From NCBI GenBank assembly GCA_001687465.1, contig LVLI01000128.1, positions 1-64,000 on the forward strand: a DNA stretch of 64,000 bases. The letters run 5' to 3'. Under the pieces are notes generated by a model. The model ran no database searches, was not told the DNA's origin, and saw only the letters and a list, made by a program, of their open reading frames with translations. The position numbers were made by a program, and so were the translations under genes. Origin of the DNA: Halocafeteria seosinensis (taxonomy: Eukaryota). Shown in pieces: positions 13,175 through 25,255 of the stretch (position 1 is its first letter; each line of letters opens with the position of its first letter).

Positions 13175-15432
13175 TTAAGGCATCTTTCTGTTCATTTCGA
13201 TAAAGTTCTGTAGCGCTGCTTCATAAGTAGTCAGGTAGTAACCACTTTCTCCTCGGAGCATATGGCTATCGCACACGTTCCAAAGTAGATCTTGAAAAAG
13301 TACGGGGCGCGACAAACGGGATTGGGCTATGACGTAGCAGAAAATGGGGAAAAAATCGTCCGCTCCGAGGGGTACGTACTTTTTGCCCTTCTTGGCAGTA
13401 TACATATGATGTAAGACGTGAATCGTACGACAGCATCCCAAAAACCATGTCAATTTGTCATGAGGTAAGCTTTCCATTTCTGCTCTCTGTAGTTCCATTA
13501 CTGCAGCGGTCCACCCCTCTGACGATTGTAACTCTTTTGCAACGAGAAATCCATCTTGCGAGAACCACTTCAAGCGCTTGAGAGCTCCCATAACCTCTTT
13601 CTCCTTTGAGTACTCGAGACCAATTTCCAAGCACTTGTTCAAGTCATGATATAATGGGAGATATACAAGTCGCTCGCATACTCTCATTGCTATACTAGAT
13701 ACTGTCTCCCCAACCTCTTGGAATCCCTGGAGCATTAGACGTTTCCGGTTGTACAAGGATAAAAAGACCATGAGCTTCAAATCTGTTACTTACATGAATG
13801 TTGGCTTCTCCTTCGTCCTGATTGTATACCGATAGATCTACGCATAAGTGCTCCAGTTTACTGATGTTCTCCATAACAGATTCATGCAACTCTGGATACC
13901 GGGACTCTAGCCCGTGAACAATGAAAATAAATCATTTCAGCACAGATGGATGACTTACTGTCTACGCAATCACGAAAATAGTCTAAAGGCGTTTTAGAAC
14001 GGTTGCCATATGTGATATCTGGACGGTCTTCCGCCTCGTCCTCCACTTGCCTTTTAGACGACGATATAGGGTTGACAACCATTTTCTGTGACGAAGCATC
14101 GGGTCCATGTTGCGTTTTGGACACGAAGTCTACCGACCGTGGCCTGGCAGCAGCGTAAGCACCTCTTCGATGCTTGTGTTTGGACGCCGCCTCCTTAAAG
14201 GGAAGAGTTCCAGTTATTGACCATCGGCGTCCTGCGTTCATCACTATTCGTCTTGTATACCCACGCTCGATTAAATTGACCATTTTTGCCGAAGACAATT
14301 CTTCTTGTGTGGGTGTATCTCCTTCCAAGAACTTCTCTAGAACAGCTGTTTGCAGAGCAACTGCGTGAGAACTGCTCTTCGTGGTTGCCAACTGGGAAAC
14401 ATAGCTATCTACGTCTACATTGTGGTGGAGATGCCTCCTGCTATATCGCTGAGACTCGTGCCCTCTAACAATCTTGTTCCTGGCCCCATTGGTATTTGCT
14501 GGAGAGCAATCCTTGAAGTTGGCATCCACGCGATCGAGCAACCGATCGAGATGCGTTTGAGGGGCTGGACTATGAAAGAGACCTCTCTTGCTTTCGTTTC
14601 CCGGGTTCATATACAAAAGCGTTTGACAGTCCACTTGATCCTTACGCTGTCGTTGCGCCATCACACTCTGATACTTCTTCTGCAGATCACACTTTTTCAT
14701 GACACGCTTCAGCAAATGGATAATGCGCTTCATTAGCTGATGGGACTCTGACTGCTGTTCCAGGAGAAGGTAATAAACCTGCAGCCATACCCGTTGAGTT
14801 TCCGAGTAGCCCGTTAACTTTTGCAATATGTAGGCTCGGTCTGAAAGCAGTTGTCCGCTATCTTTCGAAGGGGGTTGCGTGAGATGTGACGGGGTCTTGC
14901 CCTGGTCCAGGAGCATATTATCGAGCTCCATGAAGCGGTATTGCGAGAACCAGTTCCGAAACAAGCGCATTGAAGGGGAGTTCATGAGATGTTGTCGATC
15001 GAGTCGGTAGCGCTTGGAGTGACCGTGGATGTACTGTTCGCCCGCTTCCCAATGAGCCACATCTCGATGGAGTTTCATCCTTGCTTCGATTTGCTGCGCC
15101 ACGAGGGCGGCATGATCGAACTCGAACTCCCAGTAATCTTCCGTGTCCAGAGCCGCCGTCTCGGAGCGCCTGTAAATGACGAGACGGTTGGTATCGTCCG
15201 TCAGGGTAACCCCACGTATGGAGGTATACTGTACACGCTTCCTAGCTCGGGACGTCTTGGGGTTGAACTGGAGGAGAATATCGCGCCGAAGGCCCAACCA
15301 CCGCGTGTACCGCCGTCCGTAGTTGTTGATCTTGGTCACTTTGTAGTCGAGGTCTTGAAGACAGTCTAGCACTTTGGAGGGCTCTGGACGCGCTGTATCG
15401 TCCTGCTGCATCCTCAAGGAGGCTGATGCCAT
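13175..15432 (-). CDS. VPS9-domain protein (Rab5-type GEF) with N-terminal PH-like region
   Basis: C-terminal VPS9 signature: PHDKL..LGADDFFPIFCYVIAQS..GESGYYLTTYEAAL. The N-terminus has a PH-like pattern, YKVTKINNYGRRYTRWL. An intron lies near 13880-13960. Confidence 0.85.
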
Positions 15433-15536
15433 GGTCTCAGAATTCCATTACATCATCATGAGGATGACGGATTGTTAAGAGCCCATCTAGAATAGCATAA
15501 AATACAATACAATACAATTGGTACTAACAAAGCAAC

Positions 15537-17515
15537 ATGAGTATGAACAAGATGAGGATGATGAGAACCGCCTTCCGCCGGCGCCCCTATACAACAACTA
15601 CAACCCAACGATGCTTTTCCACTTTTCCCGTCATTAGTATGTGTCGTTATTAATGTCACAACACCAACAGCCAGAAGATATGCAAGTACCTTCCCCCTGC
15701 AGACCCTTCGACGGGCACTGAGTTTGCTTCAGCGCCTGATATGGGAGCTCCAGAGACCCATGAGGCCATACAGAGAGCCTCCGAAGCACAAGCGTGGGGA
15801 CGCCAGTCCCTGGCCAAAGAGCGCGCAGCAATCTTGCGCAGGATGTACGATATCACTATGGAGCGCCAGAATGAATTGGGAGAGGTATTGGCTCGAGAAA
15901 GCGGGAAGCCAATTACCGAAGCTAAAGGAGAAATCGCCTACGGGGCTTCCTTCTTGGAATGGTTCGCTGAGGAAGCCAAGCGCAACTACGGAGACATTAT
16001 TCCCCACGGTGCTCATGGACGGCGACTTCTGACCATCCAGCAGCCTGTCGGCGTTTGTGGACTTATTACGCCGTGGAACTTCCCCAATGCTATGATTACA
16101 CGAAAGGTTAGTAGTAGTTGAATCACTACGTAATGGATCGAACTGGTGTTGACTCGTTTCCCTTAAAACTCTGCAGCTTGCACCGGCCTTGGCGGCAGGA
16201 TGCGCTAGTGTAGTTAAAGCTCCTGCGGAAACACCTATGTCAGCGTTGGAGTTGGCGAAGATTGCTCAAGTACGAAATACTCACTCAGGAATTCGATCGC
16301 TTCGGCACGCCTCAACATAAGTATTGACTAATGGTTTTACAGGAAGCGGGAGTGCCCGAAGGTGTTTTTAATGTCATAACATGCTCCCACGAGAATACTG
16401 CCGCAGTGGGAGATGCTCTTTGTGAAAACCGATCTGTGCGCAAATTGTCTTTCACAGGTACTGTAGCTCTCTTAATCACGTGCCCGCTACCATATGTATA
16501 TCTAAATGTAAAATATCGGTAATTTTTGCCTTCTCTCAGGATCCACACGCGTCGGGATGCATTTGCTTCGCCAATGTGCAGCAACTGTTAAGAAAACCTC
16601 TATGGAGCTTGGCGGGAATGCACCATTCATAGTTTTCGAAGATGCTGATATCGAAGAGGTGAGCAAACGCCCCGAGACGAACTCGGTACCTGCGTGAATA
16701 AGCTACGGGATGTATAACGAATGTGCAGGCCGTCAAAGGGTGTATAGCATCAAAATTCAGAAATACAGGGCAGACATGTGTTTGTGCGAACCGAATCTTT
16801 GTACATTCCTCGCTGTATGACAAGTTTCAGGAGAGGCTCTACGAGGAAGTCAGCAAGCTAGTAGTTGGCAATGCCTTAGATTCTACAACACAATTAGGGC
16901 CGCTCATTCATCAAAATGCATTGGAAAAAGTTTCACGCATTGTTGACGAATCAGTTTCTCAAGGGGCTCGAGTAGTACTTGGTGGCCAAAAGGATACGTC
17001 AAACGGAGGTTACTTTTATAAGCCCACCATTTTGGCAAACGTTGCTCCGACAATGCCTTGTTGTGAGGAAGAAATATTTGGTCCAGTTGCGCCACTGGTG
17101 AAATTTAGTAGCACCGAGGAGGTGATCGAAATGGCCAATAACGTAAGGAATGCTGATTTCCTCCCACTGACCAACACAGTTACAGTGTCATTTGCCGTGC
17201 CTCCTTGCAGGTGGAAGTAGGTTTGGCCGGCTATTTCTACACACAAGATCTTTCGAAGGTATGGTATGTTGCTGAAGCTTTGGAAGGTTAGTATAGATAT
17301 CCGAAAGTATTACCCCTTCTCCCAAGTTTTGTATCATTGACCTGCGTTTTACTCCTACAGTCGGAATGGTCGGTGTAAACGAGGGTATCATATCTGCTGC
17401 GGCTGCTCCGTTTGGTGGAGTCAAGTACAGCGGTATGGGCCGCGAAGGAGGTCATGAGGGTCTTCAGGAATATCTCGAAACCAAATACATATGTATGGGC
17501 GGAATCCAAGGGTAG
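15537..17515 (+). CDS. ALDH5A1: Succinate-semialdehyde dehydrogenase, mitochondrial (multi-exon)
   Basis: Arg-rich presequence, then FPVINPSTG. Motifs: [87 protein letters not shown]. Confidence 0.93.
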
Positions 17516-17996
17516 AATACCCATAACAACGTTAAGTTAGGCAGAAAAGCTGTCTAGCATTATAGAAGCTCGGAGGGTTTGCTTCAATGATCAATGGCGA
17601 CTGTTGCTTGCGATTAGCGGGTGATACACATTTATATGGTACTCACAACAACATCAGACTCACCTTATTGATTATGCAAGGTTGATTTATCCTTACAAAC
17701 AATTCCCCATAATATTCCAATTTTAAGAACCGCGCCAGTGTTTTAGACGAGTATGCCGCAGCTCTCAAGCGAGTGCAGTACAACTCACCTTAGGACTCAT
17801 CCCACCAGTATATAGCTCAACGTAGTTCCGTCGCTCGAACTAGAATGGACGTTCAAAGCGGCAAAGAAGAATAGAAGCAGAACATACCTTGCATCCAGAC
17901 TCTCTTGGCCACTTCAAATACTGAACTGGCTGCAAGGGGCCATGGTGTCTACATACCGAAACTTGTACCGTGCCCACACTGTGCTTATCCAGAAAC

Positions 17997-18935
17997 CTAC
18001 GTCACGGAGAGCATCAAACTTCTGTGAATGGAGCCACACTTTACTTGAATCTCGGTAACACGAAATTCACGAGGTGCTGCGTCGCCTTCATCTCCTGAGG
18101 GCGAAGATTCCTCATCCGTGGAAGCATAGTCACAAAGTCCAAGGGAATGCTCAACTGAGGTATCCTCTGGCTGAGGTTGCTCACCTCTTAGCGCTTCTTG
18201 TAAGTTATTGTGTCCCCACGCAAGTGACATGTGCGGTCGTGGAAGACTGTAGAAACGTTGCTTCCCATATTTGCTTAGCACTTGGTTGACTTCCTCGATT
18301 AGTTCCACAACCTGCTCGTAACCGGTGTCAACATCCACTGAAAGGAAGCTCTTCGAACGGTCTTCGTTGACGTAAACGTGAAATTTCCGTAAGGATATGA
18401 CAAAGGGCTTGTACGCTCTCACTTTTGACGCTAGTTCCTCCACGAATGGTGTTATCTCATGGTATCGAAGCGAGAATGGTTTGGACAAACTGATGTGGGG
18501 AGGATCTTGCATGGTGGGATCAGCTTTAAATTTCAGGAAATATTTTTCTCCTGTACCACCACTATGTTTTCTGAATGTGTCAGGCTCGTCAGTAACGTGG
18601 AATCCTGGTAGTAGATTAGACTTGCACCATTCCGTGGCTTCGTGGGCGACTGCTTCCGGAACTGCAACCAAAACCATGTTTTACGTTTTCAGACACAAGG
18701 CACGCTCATCGCACTAAATGGACTTACCCGAAATAAACGCGAACCCTGGCCAATTTCCTTCAACATGTTCGAATCGACGAGTTTTGCCTAATGACTGTGG
18801 TTGTTGGCTCATCTTCGTCTGCCTTACCCCTTCATGGGAGGGCTGGTACAAGTCATCATCAATGCTATGACGTGGTGGAACAATACTGAAAGTATTGCCA
18901 CTTTGCCATTGCCATCGTTCAATGGCGCACTCCAC
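17997..18935 (-). CDS. USB1: U6 snRNA phosphodiesterase (2H phosphodiesterase); 5' end uncertain
   Basis: GKTRRFEHVEGNWP, two 2H motifs (HISLSK, PHMSLAW) and YVNEDRSKSFLS. Confidence 0.88.
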
Positions 18936-19150
18936 AAGCTTCAGTTTGTGAAGCCAGACGTTAGCTTAGCAGGCGGGGTTGTAAATTACAACTTGTAATG
19001 CATGAATGCTCGATGATAGGGTCGTTTTTCCTGGATTATATGATCATAGGATGTAAGAGAGTATCTATGCTCTTTAAACGTGTTGGGGGCGAATTTTTTC
19101 GGGCCACAGGGGTGTTATTAACTGGCGTTAACATACAACAGAGATGAACG

Positions 19151-20051
19151 ATGAGTAAGCTAACGGCGGACACTATCAAGGCTGAAAGCGGCCAATTCGA
19201 TCTAGAGAGTGTGCTTCATTTGGATGTATCCGGTATGGACTTGAGCGACATTTCTGAGCTTCAGAAATGCACCAACCTGAAACGACTGGCGGTGGCGAGT
19301 AACCAAGTAAGCGAGTGAACAACCGGCGGTTCTGAATGTGTGTGTATCACCCCACTGCTTATGGTGTACAGATCGACAATTTGAAACCACTGGAAAATTT
19401 GGAAAAGTTAGAGTACTTGGATGTACGATACAATGGATTGGCGACATTGGGTAGGTCTTATCACTCCGTTGGCGACGTTGAGCAACTACTCCCGTGACTT
19501 CGCTTGCAGAAGGTATCGACACAATGCCAGCACTTAGGACGTTATATGCTCAAGTAAGTTATCTGTGTAGCAAGAGCTTCGGAGAAGTGGTATGTCATCC
19601 TGCCTATCGTTTGGTGCTGTACTTGCTTCAGGGGAACACCATCGGACAACTGAACGAACTTAAAGTTTTGAATGGTCATCCGAGCTTGAGTGTTATTTAT
19701 TTTCAGGACAGAGATGGCTCCACAGCGAGCCCTGTATGCCAGCATCCGTCTTATTTTGTTACTCTTTCCAAGATAAATGAGAGAGTTCGAATAATTGATG
19801 GAGAACATCTAATGCTCCGGGCATCGGCCGAATCTATTGAGCTGACTGGGGAGGTAAGCCGTGACGAACTAGGCATTCAACCCTCGCGCCCTTGGCTGGG
19901 CCCTGAGATGGAGAGAGCCCAAAAGGAGCAAGATGACCGAAATTCACAGGGTATGTTGGATAAGACTTCGAAAGCGAAATTATCGAGATTAAAAGAGGAG
20001 TTTAAAGCAGCAGAAGACTTAGACAGGCGAGCAAGATTGCTTTTACGCTGA
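19151..20051 (+). CDS. Leucine-rich repeat protein, LRRC61-like (multi-exon)
   Basis: MSKLTADTIKAESGQFDLESVLHLDVSGMDLSDISELQKCTNLKRLAVASNQ, followed by LRRs and an LRRcap-like SPVCQHPSY..IIDGE. Confidence 0.75.
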
Positions 20052-20114
20052 GGCGGGAAGTAAAGAACATTACCAACGTTCCGAAGCTAAGAACGCCTGT
20101 ACAGATGCGTCGAT

Positions 20115-20515
20115 ATGGTTAGGAGTGGTTTAATTACGACGCTACAAGAACATAATTTTGATGTTGAAGGAAGGATAGAGCAGCCTGATGTCCTCATGCG
20201 TGAAACAACCCCACTCCACACCTCAAGGATTTGCATACAGAAGCAATCGGAACACTTAGTGTCTCGTCCGTTGGTATTGATTGACGAATACGACGTAAGC
20301 TGGGACGTTGCCGAGGATCTTGGCATATTCGAACAGTATGTTTGGTATCAGCGAAGTGTCTTGATGCAGCTGGGATAAGAATGCGTTAAATTAGACCAAG
20401 TGCTCGCATATGGGCTTTTGAATTCTTGTTTGTCACACTCAATATCGATTCAGAGTTTCAGAAACCAGAGTTTCTTTCGATGGTATTTAAGATTCATACA
20501 TACAGTTTGTACGCC
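20115..20515 (+). pseudogene. Decayed, internally deleted relic of the AAA-ATPase-like gene family (paralog of 48856-51050)
   Basis: EHNFDVEGRIEQPDVLMRET..PLVLIDEYDV matches EHNFDIDGWTEQPEVLMRET..PLVLIDEYDV. Nucleotide similarity continues, with frameshifts, through atgtttggtatcagcg, aagtgtcttgatg and gtttcagaaaccagagtttctttcgatgg. Confidence 0.88.
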
Positions 20516-20775
20516 TGTAATAAATGTTGAATTATGCCTTTTTGTGTGTCACCTATATCGTCATGACTACTACCACTTTTCTAGTACTTACGTACAACTT
20601 GTACAAGTACTTGCAGGACTGTAGTCACCCTGCCGCTTGAAGATTGCGAATTTGCCGTTGTCTGTCGAATTCAAATTTGACCGACCCCTTGCCCAACCCG
20701 AAGATGACATACAAGTTGTTTGAAGGATGGTTTGTTAGTTTTACAGCTCGTGTGATACTGTCTTCTATAGAGTGG

Positions 20776-23316
20776 ATGAATATGGACACGGCACGCATGG
20801 CCAAAGAGGCCACGGAGCGCCTCAAAGAGATGAACTTGTCACAGGAGGAAACACAACAATTGACGGATGCCTTCCAGAAAGAGGAGTTTAGGGAGATGTT
20901 CCACCAGTACATGGAGGAGATTTCAGACCCAGAAAATAGGAGAGTACGTCTGCACTACGAGGAAGTCCTAGAGTATGCAGTATATCACCCATGATGCGTA
21001 TGCAGGAGCATGAGGAGTACTTAAGGCAATTGGAGCAGGAGAACTCAGTCCCTGAAAATGTTAATTTAGTTCATCCGCAGGTACGTACTCCGCGAGCGAA
21101 TATGCTCATTCTCCTTCGCCTTCTCCTTCCGGGAAGGGGAAAAGTGCAGCAGGGGTTGATACTGTTATGAGATTGGCTTCCTCTGGGGCAGGCTGGGTTT
21201 GTCATCAAAACGTGGAATGAAGCACCCAAGGAGAAAGTGTTCATCAACATATGCCAGACGGAAGCCGCGGGAGAACCGCAGGAAACAAAGGTTAACAACA
21301 ATGAAGGGACTGCCACCGGTGGTGGTGGTGCTCAATCGCAATGGTCACTGCCTACTTTGATCAATCATCCACGCTATGAGAAAGACAACAGTACGTTCTC
21401 TCGGGGGATGCTGCCAGATGCGCCGTAGTTCCATTGTTTTACGTCTTGTACAGAGGGAGAGCGCACACTAACTATCGACATAAGCTTCCATCCCAAAGTT
21501 ATTTCCTATACGAGAACGAACAGTGCCTTTCATCGTATGGTGTGCGAGGTAGGAATTGACGAAGCAACAAAAGCATTAAACAAGCTCATGGGCAGTGCTA
21601 CTGGAGGCTCTCAACAAGGTATGTTTCCGGCGTCTGTGTTTGTTATCTCTTTACAAAAACAACGCCACGGTCATTGCACGGCAATGTTGTGCTTCAGGAA
21701 ATAAATATAAACTTGGACCCTCCTATAAAACACTGAAGAATTTAAAGTGCAAGGGTGAACAACCCGCCACGCTGAATTTGGGTAAGCAGGGAAAAGAGCT
21801 CAACTCCAAAGCCTTTACTTCCACAAATTCAACAAGTACTTCTTCGGCAAAGATTACCAACCGAAGCACCTTCGCATCAGGTAAGCAACAGGCTGGTAGC
21901 TCCACGAAAAGTACTCATAACGAGTCTAGCAACGCCCCGAGCATCACTGAAGTGGCCTCTATGAACAAGCAAGGTCCTAGCGTGCCTTCGGTAAAATTGG
22001 TACATAGAGGCACGGTGGAACTCTCAGAACATATGGATGGTGGTGTGCTATACAACATTGAGGATGATGGTACAGACGCTGAGGGTAATAATCCCACTAC
22101 CATTAGAATGGGACCTTCAACCTGTCCTTCTGAATTAGTGGCTTACATTCATCTGCCTACGTTAACAAGTGCCAGTGGTGTGGAGTTAGACGTTGGCGAC
22201 AAATCGATCTATCTTCGAAAAGAAGATGAATACGAATTGAAAGACTATAAAATATCTTACCCAATTGATAAAGAAAATGTGAAAGCGAAATTCGATAAGA
22301 AAGAGAAGAAGTTATCGGTTGTTATGCCAGTGGATCGAAAGCAGATGGAACGCGATTTGCGAGAACAAGCAAAGAAAATGATGCAGGATCGCCCTTCCAA
22401 GCCCAGTGAGGCAGAGCCAGAGACCGAGGCCTATACAACAACTAACCAACAAGAGCGTTTTAACGCGGGCGACAATGTCCAGAAAGCCGGCGGTGATGAA
22501 ATGCAGAACGCTAAGAATGCTGTTGCAGGACACTCGAAGGATGAAGTTTATGAAGAAGTTTCGAAAAAAGTCCCCTCGACACTTTCCGATGAGCTTCGTG
22601 AACAGCTCAGAGCAGCTGCTCGAGGCACGCCTGTTAAGGAGAAAGAAGCCGACACGGTTCAGTGTCCCAGTTCACACATGTCAACCAATCATAATGAGCC
22701 CGATCAGCCCTCATATCCGATTCCAGTGACGTGGAATCAAACGCATTCGGAGCTTACTTTGCTGCTTCAGTTGCCACGTGTAAAGCAAGGGAGCGTAACG
22801 GCGTCCATAACTGATGGTAATCGCGTGCTGATTGACTGTGAGTCTTATACTGTTCCGTCTTCGCTGTACTCCCAGCTTCGGAACGCTGGGTCTCCTGACA
22901 ACTTGGTGTTGAACGACCTTGACGTGAACACCCAAGAGAGTACAGAGAGCTATCACTACTTTGTACAGTTGGCTCTGGTAGGTAAGGTTGAGACCGAGGT
23001 CTCTGTGCACATCCTAGATCTAAATACGGTGGTTGTTTTGACGAAAGCCGAATGTAGTCGTGGGATGTGGGAGGACCTGGGAAGGTTTGAAGAGGAAAAC
23101 GAATTGCTTGAGAATGCGTGCAATGGGGATGGGTCAACTGTGTGCTCTTTTATTTCATCGATGGAGTCCACAACTGCGGGAGTGGAAGATGAGCAATGCG
23201 AAGTCTCCCACGAGGCGATTCACAAGGAAAACAACGACCCCGTCACAATGCCTACAAAACGGCCGGCAGAGTTTCACACTTCTTCGTCGCCCGACATAGT
23301 CTTCGGTATTGATTAA
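20776..23316 (+). CDS. DNAAF2: Protein kintoun / dynein axonemal assembly factor 2 (PIH1 domain + CS domains)
   Basis: NLSQEETQQLTDAFQKEEFREMFHQYMEEISDPENRR..EEYLRQLE, P.AGFVIKT..KVFINICQ, QWSLP, and a CS-like region PSELVAYIHLP..KAKFDKKEKKLSVVMPV. Confidence 0.9.
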
Positions 23317-23569
23317 GGAGAATGGTGACGCCAGGTATACTACTCAGTAGATACAGTCCTCTAAATTTACAGCATTCATTCACAATGTAAACATTTGCTT
23401 TCCAAGGGAAGATGCAACGAACACACCAATAAACAAAACAAGTTGAGAACAACGTCCCCGGACCCAAGCGATCATAACACAAAATTAGATGGCATACAAC
23501 CCAAGAGATAGGAGCACTATCATAATCGACACCATCTACATCACATTCCAAGTGAATACGAAAACCACT

Positions 23570-25255
23570 TTAGCACTTCTGGTAATGTAAATATCCCCAG
23601 TTCAAGTGCCCAGCGCGGCCCTGTTCTACCCAATGACCAAGACCGGCGATCATGCGGTCCATGTAGTCTGTACTGATCTTGTCACGAAGGGTATTGTAGT
23701 TCTGGCGCAAGAATTGTCGAATGGAACTATAATGGTTCACCAATTGTTCGGGCATTTCGACAACTTGTACTTCTTTCCAGCCCAGTTCAGTGGCAATGTC
23801 CCTGTATTTCTTGACAGACCCCATGGAATCTAAGTGAATCCTCTCGAGTACAGGGTCTAGTACACCAGGGGGTACCTCGTTGGCTTGCATAGGATCTGTA
23901 AAAAGGAACTGACCGCCTTTTTTCAAGACACGGTCAACCTGCTGCAGAACTTTCCTCTTGTTCGCGCTGTGCAGGAGTGAATCCTGAGATATCACAATGT
24001 CGTATGTACTTGCTTCGAAAGGAAGTTCCTCAAAGTCACCACCATATACTTTCACCTTTCCGTCTAGTCCTTGGGCTTTATTCTTCTCAATATTCCTTTC
24101 GTTTTCCTTCTCGCTTAAGTTCAAGCAGTCAACTTGGCAACCATACGTCTTGGCAAAGTAGCGGGCGGTTCCACCGTACCCAGCGCCGATGTCTAGCATT
24201 CGTGTGTTCTCGTTGACATCTTTGAGCATTTCACCCATCTTCCGTACACCGCGCGCACTAGCATCCTTGATAGGCTCCCCCTCTTTAGTGTAGATACCAA
24301 CATGGATGTCTTCCCCACCCCACACATGGTAATAGAAGTTATCGGCATTTTCACTGTCATAGTATTGCTTGGTCGTCTCCACTACAGCCTTGTCGCGGCT
24401 GCTGGTGTCAGGCTCGTTCAGATATTCTTTCTCAGCGATATGGATGAAAAAGTCGGGGTCGTCCATGCTGAAACTCTCTTGGAAGTCCCCAAAGGTCTCG
24501 ATACGCTGGAAACCCACTTGTTGCATCAGATTGGTCATGTAGTTCTTACGGAGCGGGAAGAAGTTCAAGTGGAATTGCTGACCGTCATTGAATTTGTATT
24601 GGAAACGCACCAATTCATCGCTGATTTTGTCCGGTTCAGCCTTCACATTGTTTCCACCGTAATAATAAGTGTGCTTGAACTGGAAACCTTTGTCCAAGAT
24701 TACATCGTAGTTTCGGTGATCCACAATCAGAATACCATCGTGACGCAGCGCAGAGTAGCACTCAGCCAAAGCTTTGCGTCGATCATTCTCCGAGAACAGA
24801 TGGGTGAATGAATTTCCGAGACAGATGATTGCATCATATTTATCATGGATATCACGGCTCAACCATCTCCAGTCCAATTGTACAGTACGGAGCATATGAC
24901 CATGTTCCCGTGCATTGTTGAAAGCCTTGGTAAGCATGTTCGCATTACCATCACCGCTGGTGACATCGAAGCCAGCATCCAAAAGTTTGATGGAATGGTA
25001 TCCCGTACCGGTTGCTACATCCAAAACTTTGCGTTTACCACGGTTCTTCAAAAGTTCAATGAAGAACTCCTTCTCGCCTTGCTCTCTTTGAGGCCAGTTG
25101 ATCAAATCGTCCCATTTGTCAACAAAGTCCTCCCCGTACTCTTCCTGGTACCAGTTCGAGGCTTCAGATGCTTCATTCGCAACTTCAGCGACAGTGCTTC
25201 CTTTCTTTTCAGCCATTGTTCCCTCCTGATTCGTGACGGTGTCTGAACCAACCAT
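23570..25255 (-). CDS. Fused glycine/sarcosine N-methyltransferase + sarcosine/dimethylglycine N-methyltransferase (glycine betaine synthesis), intronless
   Basis: The N-domain is GSMT-type: YQEEYGEDFVDKWDDLINW..VLDVATGTGYHS..CLGNSFTHLF..DHRNYD..FQRIETFGDFQE...DPDFFIHIAEK. The C-domain is SDMT-type: QYYDSENADNFYYHVWGGEDIHVGIY..LDIGAGYGGTAR..SQDSLLHS..FTDPMQ..LNWG. The start is either ATG 25255 or ATG 25216. Confidence 0.92.
   Translation of the reverse strand: MVGSDTVTNQEGTMAEKKGSTVAEVANEASEASNWYQEEYGEDFVDKWDDLINWPQREQGEKEFFIELLKNRGKRKVLDVATGTGYHSIKLLDAGFDVTSGDGNANMLTKAFNNAREHGHMLRTVQLDWRWLSRDIHDKYDAIICLGNSFTHLFSENDRRKALAECYSALRHDGILIVDHRNYDVILDKGFQFKHTYYYGGNNVKAEPDKISDELVRFQYKFNDGQQFHLNFFPLRKNYMTNLMQQVGFQRIETFGDFQESFSMDDPDFFIHIAEKEYLNEPDTSSRDKAVVETTKQYYDSENADNFYYHVWGGEDIHVGIYTKEGEPIKDASARGVRKMGEMLKDVNENTRMLDIGAGYGGTARYFAKTYGCQVDCLNLSEKENERNIEKNKAQGLDGKVKVYGGDFEELPFEASTYDIVISQDSLLHSANKRKVLQQVDRVLKKGGQFLFTDPMQANEVPPGVLDPVLERIHLDSMGSVKKYRDIATELGWKEVQVVEMPEQLVNHYSSIRQFLRQNYNTLRDKISTDYMDRMIAGLGHWVEQGRAGHLNWGYLHYQKC

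Noticed and set aside
4452..17515. GDH and SSADH as a GABA-shunt gene cluster
   Set aside because: They are separated by four unrelated genes, and no GAD or GABA transaminase is in the window.
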